NCBI GenBank assembly: GCA_950097015.1
Contig: CATNEN010000002.1
Span: 1,984,001 to 2,048,000, forward strand
Length of the DNA stretch: 64,000 bases
Direction of reading: 5' to 3'
Origin: Macrostomum hystrix
Lineage: Eukaryota > Animalia > Platyhelminthes
This document shows, piece after piece, positions 13,645 through 25,383 of the stretch. Position 1 is the first letter of the stretch. Each line of letters opens with the position of its first letter. A model generated the notes under the pieces. The model did no database searches. It had not been told where the DNA came from and was given only the letters and a program-made list of their open reading frames with translations. Made by a program: the position numbers and the translations under genes.

Positions 13645-13965
13645 CTGTTAGACAGACTTAACTACCTGTTAGACAGACATAACTACCTGTTAGACAGACT
13701 TAGCTACCTGTTAGACATACATAACTACCTGTTAGACAGACTTAGCTACCTGTTAGACAGTCTTGGCTATCTGTTAGACAGACATAACTACCTGTTAGAC
13801 AGACATAACTACCTGTTAGACAGACATAACTACCTGTTAGACAGACATAACTACCTGTTAGACATACATAACTACCTGTTAGACAGACATAACTACCTGT
13901 TAGACAGACATATCTATCTGTTAGACAGTCTTGGTTACCTGATAGACACCCTTAGTTACCTAAAA
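13645..13965. repeat. 21-bp minisatellite (CTACCTGTTAGACAGACATAA), about 15 units, LLTP intron 1
   Basis: Read directly. It starts about 45 bp from the acceptor site. Confidence 0.92.
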
Positions 13966-14074
13966 GACTCGATTGATACTGTTTTGACACAATATTGATG
14001 CCTGTGAAACAACATAGCTCACCAACTGGATACAAACTGAATACAATAAATGGAAATGCAGCGTGTTTTCATAC

Positions 14075-14126
14075 CGGCATTCGCCGAAGCCACAAGGAGT
14101 AAAAGCAGAAGTATATTCTGCTTCAT
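14075..14126 (-). CDS. LLTP exon 1 (signal peptide)
   Basis: ATG at 14126 gives MKQNILLLLLLVASANA-G, then donor G|gtatga. Phase 1 matches the exon 2 acceptor. Confidence 0.8.
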
Positions 14127-14268
14127 TGCGAAAGAATAGCTCTGGGTTTCTGGGCCCAGAATTTGCTTGGCTGTATGAAATCTTTGCGTCTGTGAAAATC
14201 TCTTCGACCAGTTTGGTCAGAGAAATCAGTAGGCTTGAAGAGTTCCAAGGCCTCGACTTGGAACTGCA

Positions 14269-14341
14269 TTTTATAGGCCTGGTTTTCTAGGAAAAGAAGA
14301 CAGAAAGAATTATCTGAAAGTCAAGGGTCGCTCAGAGATAA
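14269..14341 (-). promoter_or_regulatory. Putative LLTP core promoter: TATA box plus GATA / DR1-like / GATA cluster
   Basis: TATAAAA on the minus strand at 14275-14269, about 145 bp upstream of the ATG. TTATCT at 14310-14315, AAGTCA-A-GGGTCG at 14318-14330 and AGATAA at 14336-14341. Confidence 0.4.
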
Positions 14342-14917
14342 AACCTTACTTTGCCCGAATGTGCAAATAGCATTATTTGTTGCAGCAAATTTTGCAAGGA
14401 AATTCGCTAAAAATTTGATTATAATTTTGAGCATTTTTCGGAATTCTGCTAAGCTAGCTACTGTGCACTAACAACTCACAAAGACTACGTCAGCTGTGTC
14501 ACCTCCACCGCTTGGTATGGCATGGCATTGGATTGCGGTTGCTATGGCAACCGATTGCTTCCAAATGTGCGTGGAGCTAACTGGTAAAGAAATGATTTCT
14601 TGCACTTCGAAAAAGTTTAATAAGAATGTTTCAAGATATCGCAACAAGCCGGTCCTAGTGATCTGTAGGTTAAATTAATAACTATTGCACAATATTACAT
14701 AGGCTCTGCTATTAGAAAGCAGAAACTAAATGCTGAGCAGACTTGCATTTTTAGCTGCCATTTTGCTATTGATTTGTACCACCCGGGGCGGTCGAGCAGC
14801 CTCCGTTTGTCCTGTCATATCGACGAATTATAAAATAGTTTTGAATGAAATTAAACAACTCTAAGTTGTACTATTCAGTTCAATAAGAATTTCGATGAAC
14901 CGAATGAGTTGTCGGGT

Positions 14918-17120
14918 GATCAAATGGGATATTGGGGAATAGAATCAGCTGATCAAATGGGATAATGAGGAATAGAATCAGCTGATCAAATGGGATATTG
15001 GGGAATAGAATCAGCAGATCAAAGGGGATATAGGGGAATAGAATCTGCTGATCAAATGGGATAATGAGGAATAGAATCAGCTGATCAAATGGGATATTGG
15101 GGAATAGAATCAGCAGATCAAAGGGGATATAGGGGAATAGAATCAGCAGATCAAATGGGATATTGGGGAATAGAATCTGCTGATCAAATGGGATAATCGG
15201 GAATAGAATCAACTGATCAAATGGGATATTGGGGAATAGAATCAGCAGATCAAAGGGGATATAGGGAAATTGAATCAGCTGATCAAATGGGATATTGGGG
15301 AATAGAATCAGCAGATCAAAGGGGATATAGGGAAATTGAATCAGCTGATCAAATGGGATATTGGGAAATAGAATCAGCAGATCAAAGGGGATATTGGGGA
15401 ATAGAATCAGCAGATCAAAGGGGATATTGGGGAATCGAATCAGCAGATCAAATGGGATAATGGGGAATAGAATCAGCTGATCAAAGGGGATATAGGGGAA
15501 TTGTCGAATAGAATCAGCTGATCAAATGGGATATTGGGGAATAGAATCAGCTGATCAAATGGGATATTGGGGAATAGAATCAGCTGATCAAATGGGATAT
15601 TGGGGAATAGAATCAGCAGATCAAAGGGGATATAGGGAAATTGAATCAGCTGATCAAATGGGATATTGGGGAATAGAATCAGCAGATCAAAGGGGATATA
15701 GGGAAATTGAATCAGCAGATCAAAGGGGATATAGGGGAATCGAATCAGCAGATCAAATGGGATAATGGGGAATAGAATCAGCTGATCAAAGGGGATATAG
15801 GGGAATTGTCGAATAGAATCAGCTGATCAAATGGGATATTGGGGAATAGAATCAGCTGATCAAATGGGATATTGGGGAATAGAATCAGCTGATCAAATGG
15901 GATATTGGGGAATAGAATCAGCTGATCAAATGGGATATAGGGAAATTGAATCAGCAGATCAAAGGGGATATTGGGGAATAGAATCAGCAGATCAAAGGGG
16001 ATATTGGGGAATAGAATCAGCTGATCAAATGGGATATTGGGGAATAGAATCAGCTGATCAAATGGGATATTGGGGAATAGAATCAGCTGATCAAATGGGA
16101 TATAGGGAAATTGAATCAGCAGATCAAAGGGGATATTGGGGAATAGAATCAGCAGATCAAATGGGATATTGGGGAATAGAATCAGCAGATCAAAGGGGAT
16201 ATTGGGGAATCGAATCAGCAGATCAAATGGGATAATGGGGAATAGAATCAGCTGATCAAAGGGGATATAGGGGAATTGTCGAATAGAATCAGCTGATCAA
16301 ATGGGATATTGGGGAATAGAATCAGCTGATCAAATGGGATATTGGGGAATAGAATCAGCTGATCAAATGGGATATTGGGGAATAGAATCAGCAGATCAAA
16401 GGGGATATAGGGAAATTGAATCAGCTGATCAAATGGGATATTGGGGAATAGAATCAGCAGATCAAAGGGGATATAGGGAAATTGAATCAGCAGATCAAAG
16501 GGGATATAGGGGAATCGAATCAGCAGATCAAATGGGATAATGGGGAATAGAATCAGCTGATCAAAGGGGATATAGGGGAATTGTCGAATAGAATCAGCTG
16601 ATCAAATGGGATATTGGGGAATAGAATCAGCTGATCAAATGGGATATTGGGGAATAGAATCAGCTGATCAAATGGGATATTGGGGAATAGAATCAGCTGA
16701 TCAAATGGGATATAGGGAAATTGAATCAGCAGATCAAAGGGGATATTGGGGAATAGAATCAGCAGATCAAAGGGGATATTGGGGAATAGAATCAGCTGAT
16801 CAAATGGGATATTGGGGAATAGAATCAGCTGATCAAATGGGATATTGGGGAATAGAATCAGCTGATCAAATGGGATATTGGGGAATAGAATCAGCTGATC
16901 AAATGGGATATTGGGGAATAGAATCAGCTGATCAAATGGGATATTGGGGAATAGAATCAGCAGATCAAAGGGGATATTGGGGAATAGAATCAGCTGATCA
17001 AATGGGATATTGGGGAATAGAATCAGCTGATCAAATGGGATATTGGGGAATAGAATCAGCTGATCAAATGGGATATTGGGGAATAGAATCAGCTGATCAA
17101 ATGGGATATTGGGGAATCGA
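14918..17120. repeat. 33-bp satellite (GAATCAGCTGATCAAATGGGATATTGGGGAATA), about 65 units with higher-order structure
   Basis: Read directly. The diagnostic variant aattgtcgaatag recurs at 305/470/305-bp spacing. Confidence 0.95.
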
Positions 17121-17193
17121 TCTCGCCGCGGAATCGAGCCCAGGGACCTTGGTGCGAGAGGCAAATGCGATAACCGCACTGTCACTGACCCCC
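17121..17193 (-). mobile_element. tRNA-derived SINE head (family also at 33139-33200)
   Basis: The minus strand reads GGGGTCAGTGACAGTGCGGTTATCGCATTTGCCTCTCGCACCAAGGTCCCTGGGCTCGATTCCGCGGCGAGA. It has a B-box-like GGCTCGATTCC and no pairing acceptor stem. Confidence 0.6.
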
Positions 17194-17976
17194 AATGTCT
17201 TGTATGATTGTCTCCTGGCGAAAGATCAATCATTTTACATTCCGGTTGCTTAAACGCGTTAAGCAATGCCCATACGCTGCTTATAGAAGTTTTATCGACT
17301 CACGACCGTGAATTGTCGCATGAGTATACTGTATACTATTGCCTATTATAATTTTAATGGTAACGAAAAGTATAACAAAATTTGAAGATGATATTATAGG
17401 TTTATTAGTGTGAGAGAAGCAAAAAATATAATTTCGATGAGTATTTCTCTTCTTTAAAAATTCCACTGCAATTTGTAGCGAACCGATCAGAAAAAGTGCA
17501 CCAAAATTTAATTTTGTATTGAATTTTCATTTAGTGCATCTCGGGTCAAGACAATGAATTTCTGTGCATGGACGATATCATGCATTGACAACAGATCATT
17601 TTTGCCTTTTATTTAGATATAAACGTGTCAGACACAATGCTTGCATAATATTCATTTTTTGCTTATACAATTTAGCTTCCAAAGCAGTAAAGCGTTATAA
17701 AAATATAAGGGGGGAATTGTAGTTAGTGAGTGCCAGTGAGTGGTCTAGTTTTGCCTTTTGTGTAGATGATTGTATCAAAGTTTTCCTGTTCGTTACTTAA
17801 GAATCACACCTGCCATATACTCAACTTAATTCAAATAACTTTTTCAGCTCAAGAGAACTTAGCCACTTCGTATACTACTGATACTTCCTAATCAGTAGTA
17901 TAGAACCTTTTTGCTTATAAAATTAGTCGAGAAAATTATTTTCGACTTGAGATTTTTTCCTTTTGTAAGAGTAAAG

Positions 17977-18596
17977 GGCAGAGCTTATTCCCACGGTCCC
18001 GTGCCAATAATTTCAATTTTATCCACACGGATCCGTGCCGATAATTTTCTGCTTATCCACACGGCAGCTTGTATGAATAGGTCTACAACTCTTTATATAA
18101 ATATGCCGTGCCGTTAATTTCAATTTTATCCACACGGTTCTGTTCTTTGAAACGAGGCCCTTTCGGGTTTGAACGTTTTATTGAACCCTCGAGCCAATAG
18201 ATCGACAAAGTTGCCAGTGTGTTACGACAGTGTTCTACATTTCGACCTACACATTCATTATAAACTTATATTCATTATATATTGACTTAAAAAAGTAAGA
18301 AGTCTATCAAAGAAAATCATACAAGTCAACCAGCAGAATTCTAGGCCTAGTCAGCACCAAACTCATCACATATATTATACATCATTGCTATTCTTTTACA
18401 ACTTTGCATTGATAGTGTACACTATTATACACTATACTCTGAAGCAAAAGCCTTATGCTCAGAGAATAATAGGCAGGGACTTGAAAGTAGACCTATTCAT
18501 ACAAGCTTCCATGTGGATAAGCAGAAAATTATCGGCACAGATCCGTGTGGATAAAATTGAAATTATTGGCATGGGACCGTGGGAATAAGCACTTCC
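17977..18596. mobile_element. Mutator (MULE)-type non-autonomous element/MITE
   Basis: Inverted termini of about 110 bp (GGCAGAGCTTATTCCCACGGTCCC... and ...GGGACCGTGGGAATAAGCACTTCC) contain sub-terminal repeats (ttatccacacgg). A perfect 9-bp direct repeat AGAGTAAAG flanks the element at 17968-17976 and 18597-18605. Confidence 0.85.
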
Positions 18597-20914
18597 AGAG
18601 TAAAGTTCAATTGCATGTGTAACTCATGTCTTCTTCCTATTATTTTGCAACAAAACAAAAAACTGTTGTTACTATTTAAGTATATAAAAATTGCTGTAAC
18701 GAACTTTCGGTCCAGGTTTGCTGGCAATTTTCTAAATAGCTTTGCCTAATTATTTTTACGGGTTTTTTACTCTTTGCAAACTAATTAAATTAATAAGATT
18801 TAAGATCTTCTTGGAATGCAGCTTAATCACAAATACTTCACCGAAGCTTTTGGTTCGCTACGAATCCACCAGCTCTAGCAGTTATCGCATATAATTAATA
18901 CTACGACTGAGTCACGCCGAGAACATCAAACGAGTCTGAACTTGACCCGTACAATTTTGCAATGTGCAATAGTCAAAACGAGAAAACGAGCAACGGTGTC
19001 TGATTGGGAAAAAACCGATTTATATCAGTCAGGGGCTGTGAATTGTGTCGATCAATCTGAAGCACTTGAAGAGTAGCAATCTAGTCATGTGAGAGCGGCA
19101 TGAACGCTAGATTGGTACTCCGCAAGCCTGTCAGATATTTCATTTCAGGATTTACAAAACATTGCTGTCAGAGGCACTTTATGTGCTTTTGTGTGTCGTT
19201 GCAAAATAAAAGAGGGACCGGGATTTGGGACAAGAATACCGTGGGACAAGTCTGGAGATTATCAGTCGAAACGGGCGCTGCGCAAAAAAACATTCTAGCA
19301 GAGTCGAGAAGGATATCAAGACTAAGGCCACTAAGGCTTCTGGAGTCAAGAGTTAAATAAGCGAATAAAAAATATCTAAAATTATGCTAACGGCGGTTCT
19401 ACTTCGCAGTTAGGGCGGTTCTACTTCGCAGTTAGGGCGGTTCAAAATATAAAACACTGAACGTTAAAAGTCACATGACGCAAAACTAAAACTTCAAACT
19501 GTGTTTCGGAGATTTCGAAGCAAGACAAAGGCAGAGAAGTTGGCAGGCGCGCACACGAATTGTGGGCCCCGGGCTGGCCTAGTCTATATAGGCTGAGGCA
19601 GGCCTTCTTTCTCTGACCCTCCCTCCTCTCCCTCTCTCATGAAATGGGTGGGGCCCACTGGGGCTGTGTGAAGAGAATCAGGGGGGCTAAGGGTTAGTTG
19701 GGGGGTAGAGTTTCTTGGGGTACATTGAACTGTACATTGCCCCCTAGTGGGGGCTTGGCCGGGGAGAGAGGGAGTCCTGCGCGCGTGCGCCGGCCCGCCG
19801 GGCCATCCACACACACTCACACACACTTTACGAGCAACGCTGGTGGGCTGGCGGAGGGGGAGGGGTGAAAACTTCAATCTAAACCTCAAACCTCTCAAAC
19901 CACTCTGAACTGAGGGAGCGCGGCTTGCAGACACAGGACAGGACAGGCGCCTTCTCCCTCCTTGTTTGAATTATACTGGACAGCGACAATTCATTAGCTT
20001 GGCCTCAACCTGGCTATTCTAAACCAGAGTCCGAACTCTAGCTTACCCACCTAGCTTATTATGCTACTCAGGTCCGAAACTCAAGTCCACTGCTCAAACT
20101 AATATTATGAAACACAAAGAGGTAAAGGCTGCCAAAAAGATGACGCATCGCCAAAACCCGAGGCCGGCAAGCCAGCCAGCCCCCGCCCAGCCGGAATTCG
20201 TGCTATCGCGCATCGACCCCCCGCTAAGTTACCTGCTGCTGCAGGCTCGAAACAAGTCTGGGACGGGGCAGGTAGAGTAGGGCCCTCTTATCCGGAGAAC
20301 AATTTTTTTCGCGAAAGAAATTGAAGCTGAGCACTTAGCATTAGACTGGGCTAGCAGACAAGGCCAGCCAGGTGATCTCAAATCTTTTGATGGCTTGATT
20401 AGTGAGCTCAACTGCGGCAAGTCCTACTGTGAAATGAAGAATTCTAAAACGAAAATGAAAACGCTAAGAAACAGACGCAGTGCGCATGCGGTTAATTAAT
20501 TTTCTCCGAGTGGAAATTCGTCAAATTGTTAAGGCTTTCCCATCCTAGCCCTTATAACAGCCTAGTGTAGTGGGTGGAGCACTCTAAGACTCTAATATCC
20601 TTAGACTCTTCGTACCTAAGCCTAGCACCTTTTAGGGCCCTAATAAAAAAGCAGAATTATTGCGTTGCGCTGGTTGCTGTTGCGTTGGCCAAGCAAACTT
20701 AAACATTTCCCATTAACTGAATGACCTGTCGGCTGTAATGGTCATTCAAACACTGAATCTGTAGCTACTTATATTTGAGTATTAAAAGGGTATGCCCTGC
20801 ACAATGTTATTCAGAGAATCATTCTAGAGTACATCTGGCAGGTGTCATTTTGGGATAATTTATATTTAACCTTGGAAATAATTCGTGTTAACCAAGAATA
20901 TTAATGTAATTGTG

Positions 20915-21485
20915 GGATGACTGGTGTCATTGTGTGATGACTGGTGTCATTCTGTGATGACTGTGTCATTGTGGGATGACTGGTGTTATTCTGTTTTGAC
21001 TGGTGTCACTCTGGGGTGACTGGTGTCACTCTGGGGTGACTGGTGTCACTCTGGGGTGACTGGTGTCACTCTGGGGTGACTGGTGTCACTCTGGGATGAC
21101 TGGTGTCACTCTGGGGTGACTGGTGTCACTCTGGGATGACTGGTGTCACTCTGGGGTGACTGGTGTCATTCTGTGATGACTGTGTCATTGTGGGGTGACT
21201 GGTGTCACTCTGGGGTGACTGGTGTCACTGTGGGGTGACAGGTGTCACTCTGGGGTGACTGGTGTCACTCTGGGGTGACTGGTGTCACTCTGGGGTGACT
21301 GGTGTCACTCTGGGGTGACTGGTGTCACTCTGGGGTGACTGGTGTCACTCTGGGGTGACTGGTGTCACTCTGGGGTGACTGGTGTCACTCTGGGGTGACT
21401 GGTGTCACTCTGGGGTGACTGGTGTCACTCTGGGATGACTGGTGTCACTCTGGGGTGACTGGTGTCATTGTGGGTTGACTGGTGT
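20915..21485. repeat. 20-bp minisatellite (GACTGGTGTCACTCTGGGGT), about 28 units
   Basis: Read directly. It has degenerate edges, a homogeneous centre and an internal GTGAC...GTCAC palindrome. Confidence 0.93.
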
Positions 21486-21959
21486 CCTTCAGTTTTTATT
21501 ATTGTTATTCTGGGATAAATGATTTCATCTTAGCAGAAATGACGTCATTCTGGCATGCACATTTAGAATCTGCATTCACGCAGGTGAGTTCACGTTTGCT
21601 CAACAAGCACCAGAGCCACAACCTCTGAAATAACTATAAGTCTAGCCGTGCCTTTGAGATACTTGTCTTGGCTTTTATGCATATGCATAAAAGTTATTTG
21701 TAATTGCAATATACCATTTCTGGAAAATCGCCCTGTCGATTCAAAGGCAACCGTGGCTAACACACGAAGGATTCCAGATGGGATCAAAGGGGAAAACAAC
21801 TTGATTAGGCCGCCTGCAGTGACGAAAATTGGGCAATTTTTTTACGAAAATTGGCAATCTCGGAATTTAGCAATTGCCTCCAAACTGTTGGAGTCGGCAA
21901 AGCAGTCTGCTATTTCTGTATTTCTTTATTTCGGTTGGATGGTTAAATGATAGGGTGGG

Positions 21960-22070
21960 ATTCTGAGATGAGGCTGAGATGGAAGGGTGGGATGGAAGGG
22001 TGGGATGGAAGGGTGGGATTGAAGGGTGGGATGGAAGGGTGGGATGGAAGGGTGGGATGGGTGGGATGGC
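21960..22070. repeat. G-rich 13-bp repeat (GGGTGGGATGGAA)
   Basis: Read directly, about 7 units. Confidence 0.8.
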
Positions 22071-23460
22071 TATCTCGCTGCTAGCGTCAGGTAGACAGTG
22101 TTCGCGTAGGACTAGATAAGATTTACCGGCGCTACATTGCCCTTGCCCCAGGTTTTTGTTCTAATTTTGTACTCAAGACGTGCGTCAATATATAATCTCC
22201 CGGCTTTTTTGGGATAAATTTCCCAGCTTTATATGAGAAGCACTTTGTGAAGCATGCCAAACCCGGTTGCGTTGTGTGTGCATTTGCATTTGCTGCATTT
22301 GCTGCCACCTGAGTTGGTTATTTAGGAAACGTCTGCTCAAGGATCGCTGCCTGCAGGGGAAGCATGAGGGGAAGCTGTGGTGAAGCCTAGTGCGTCACAT
22401 GCAGACCTCTGTCCAGATGTAGGCTAAGAAGGGGCATGGCTGGGATTTTAATAGCCTTCGATGCAGCCAACCTCTGCGCATTGCATCTCCGTGCATGCAG
22501 TCAGTCTGAAAACAGGGGGTTTTTTAAGCTGGATGAGTCGAGTGCCAAAGAGCCAGCGGACCAGAGCAGCTTTCAACTCTTAGTTTTTGCGGCTTGATAA
22601 ATGGGACAAATGCGTGGGCTGCGTCTCTTTCCCTCTGTAGGGAGCATACGTGGGGAGCCGGGGTTTGGGTTAGCTTTTTTCCCGCCAGCCTTCGCAGCCT
22701 GATGTTTCATCCCCGCTGGCGTCAGTTGGACGAGCGGCTGATGGAGCGAGGCGCCGGCGGTGGGCTATTTTTGGCCATGGCGGTGGCCTCACGGGACTGC
22801 ATGGAGAAGCGGAGTTTGCTTATCCGCTTCCCAAATCGCTCTCCAAATCCTCGTTCTCTCTTTTCTCCTTCCACGCAAGTGCCAGTTCCGCATTCCCACG
22901 GTCGCTGGAGCCCGTACGACGGGATTCAGTACTCTGTTGCGTGTACACCTGTGCCTCACTGAGCTCCCCGAGTAACTCTCACCCTCCTCCGTCCAGCTCT
23001 CTCTTTTCCGGCACTTCTCCCTGCTCCATCTCTCTACCATTGCATCTTCCCTTCCCCCAGTCTCGCTCCCCCAGTGCCATCATTGGTTTTGTGGTACATA
23101 GATAAGCCGTTTCGTACTCAGCCCAGTCTTTCCATCCCCAGCTCAGGATACAGTCCGATAAGACTGAGTTACCATGGCAACTCGGTGAACACAGGGAAGA
23201 GGGACGAACGGGGGATAGAAAGCGGGAACTCAGCTTCGATTTTTTCCTAGCCCCGCAGTTTCCTGTTCTCCATCTCAGGCCCTCGCCGATAGCCATAAAT
23301 GTCCTAGGAAGACGTAGGCCAAGAGCCCTCGCTGATTTCCCTCGCTCTAGTCCTAAACGGCTTCCCCATTCCCCAACATTCTAATCGAAGCTTCAAGCTC
23401 GAAGCACTCAGGGACTGAGCAAGAGGGCGTAATAGTTAGGTAAAAGCGACAAAAAAGGTA

Positions 23461-25383
23461 ATGCTGAGCAGGGCAGCCATCCTACTGGGATGGTGCCTAC
23501 TTGTGATTACGGCCATTGCTTCCAGCAAGGAGAGCCTGTTCACTAATCACTTCCACGTCACGCTGAAGTCTGGAAGCGAAGAGGTGGCCAAGAGGGTTGC
23601 CAGGGACACCGGACTCAGGCTAGTGCGCCGCCACCTGGACAAGGCCACCGAGTTTCACTTCGTCCATGACCTGGTGCCCAGCACCGACACTGTTCAGAGC
23701 CACCGACACCTGCGCTCAATCGCCGACCACGAAGACGTTGCCCGCGTAGTCCAGATGGAAGGATTCAGGCGTGTGAAGCGCGGCTTCAAGCCCGCTGAGG
23801 CGACACAGTCCAGACAGAAGCGCTCCGCCGCTGCCGCTTCGAGCCCGCTCGCCGAGCCCAGCGACCCCATGTTCAAGAAGGAGTGGTACATCAAAAACAC
23901 TGGCCAGGCGGGGGGCTACCTAGGCCTGGACCTGAATGTCCTGCCGGCCTGGCGGGAAGGCATCACCGGCAAGGGCGTTACGACGGCAATCATGGACGAC
24001 GGTATCGATTATCTGCACCCGGATCTAGCAGAAAACTACAACGCGGATGCCAGCTACGACTTTAGCAGCAACGACCCCTATCCGTATCCGCGCTACACTG
24101 ACGACTGGTTCAACAGCCATGGCACCCGATGCGCTGGCGAAATCTCGTCCAAGCGCGACAACGGTATCTGCGGCGTTGGTGTTGCCTACGACAGCAAAAT
24201 CGCCGGCCTGCGCATGCTGGACCAGCCCTACATGACCGACTTGATCGAGGCCGCGGCCATGTCCTACAAGCGAAACATCATCGACATCTACTCGGCCAGC
24301 TGGGGCCCGACCGACGACGGCAAGACCGTAGACGGCCCCCGCAACGAAACGATGCGCGCTATCGTCGAGGGTGTCAACAAGGGCCGTAACGGCAAGGGCA
24401 GCATCTTCGTGTGGGCCAGCGGCGACGGTGGTCCGGACGACGACTGCAACTGCGACGGCTACGCAGCCAGCATGTGGACCATCAGCATCAACTCCGCTAC
24501 CAACGATGGTCAGACTGCCTTGTACGACGAGTCCTGCTCCTCCACCCTGGCTTCGACCTTCTCCAATGGCAAGGCTTCGACTCTGGACGCCGGAGTTGCT
24601 ACAGTTGACCTGTACGGAAAGTGCACCCTGCACCACAGCGGCACCAGCGCCGCTGCTCCCGAAGCTGCCGGTGTCTTTGCACTTGCCTTGGAAGCCAACC
24701 CGAACCTGACCTGGCGTGACATGCAGCACCTGGTCGTCCTCACCTCCAAGCGCAACCACCTGTACGATCCAAACGGTAAGCACGACTGGACAGTCAACGC
24801 TGCTGGCTTGGAGTTCAACCACCTGTTTGGCTACGGAGTTCTCGACGCCGGTGACATCGTGAAGACGGCCAGGGACTGGAAGACGGTGCCGGAGCGATTC
24901 CACTGCATCGCCGGTGAAGTCAAGCGTCTGTACCACTTCAACGTCAGGAATGCCATCGAGATGGAAATCGACACTGACGCCTGCAAGAACGACCCCAAGC
25001 ACCGCATCAACTACATCGAGCACGTACAGGCTTTCATCACACTGAAGTCCACCAGGCGCGGTGACGTCACCTTGTTCCTGACTGCCCCAACTGGCACCAC
25101 CTCGCTGATCCTGAGCAAGCGCCCGAAGGATGCTGATAACACAATCGGCTTCACCTCCTGGCCCTTCATGACGACGCACATGTGGGGCGAGGCGCCCAGG
25201 GGTAAATGGAAGCTGAAGGTCGCCCTCGACGCCTCCGATGCCAGCGTTCACGGCGTGATCACCGAGTGGGTCCTGGTCATCCACGGCACTCAGGCGCAGC
25301 CATACAAGGAGCTCCGCAGTGGCCTCAGCAGCAAGATCGACGTCATCAAGACCATTCACGAGAAGAAGAGCTACACTGATTAA
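23461..25383 (+). CDS. PCSK2: Prohormone (neuroendocrine) convertase 2, 640 aa, intronless CDS
   Basis: Signal peptide and a prodomain ending in RVKR. Catalytic motifs IMDDGIDYLHPDL, HGTRCAGE and HSGTSAAAPEAAG. The PC2-specific oxyanion Asp is present in WASGDGG (other convertases have Asn). The P-domain contains RRGD. Confidence 0.97.
   Translation: MLSRAAILLGWCLLVITAIASSKESLFTNHFHVTLKSGSEEVAKRVARDTGLRLVRRHLDKATEFHFVHDLVPSTDTVQSHRHLRSIADHEDVARVVQMEGFRRVKRGFKPAEATQSRQKRSAAAASSPLAEPSDPMFKKEWYIKNTGQAGGYLGLDLNVLPAWREGITGKGVTTAIMDDGIDYLHPDLAENYNADASYDFSSNDPYPYPRYTDDWFNSHGTRCAGEISSKRDNGICGVGVAYDSKIAGLRMLDQPYMTDLIEAAAMSYKRNIIDIYSASWGPTDDGKTVDGPRNETMRAIVEGVNKGRNGKGSIFVWASGDGGPDDDCNCDGYAASMWTISINSATNDGQTALYDESCSSTLASTFSNGKASTLDAGVATVDLYGKCTLHHSGTSAAAPEAAGVFALALEANPNLTWRDMQHLVVLTSKRNHLYDPNGKHDWTVNAAGLEFNHLFGYGVLDAGDIVKTARDWKTVPERFHCIAGEVKRLYHFNVRNAIEMEIDTDACKNDPKHRINYIEHVQAFITLKSTRRGDVTLFLTAPTGTTSLILSKRPKDADNTIGFTSWPFMTTHMWGEAPRGKWKLKVALDASDASVHGVITEWVLVIHGTQAQPYKELRSGLSSKIDVIKTIHEKKSYTD

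Noticed and set aside
17121-17193. Functional tRNA gene (also 12935-13008 and 33139-33200)
   Set aside because: The acceptor stems do not pair and the arms are degenerate, so they are treated as SINE heads.
14880-17266. ORFs with GYWGIESADQM / ILFPNIPFDQL repeats
   Set aside because: They are translations of a 33-bp satellite. Frames break at the 32-bp variants and there is no splice context.
19396-20420. GC-rich block with a 22-bp direct duplication (ggcggttctacttcgcagttag), possibly a TE or LTR fragment
   Set aside because: No TIR, TSD, PBS or coding motif could be identified by eye.
24025-25359. 444-aa minus-strand ORF
   Set aside because: It is an antisense shadow of GC3-rich PC2 codons. 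The plus-strand ORFs over the LLTP (for example 8496-9113 and 9170-9703) are rejected for the same reason.
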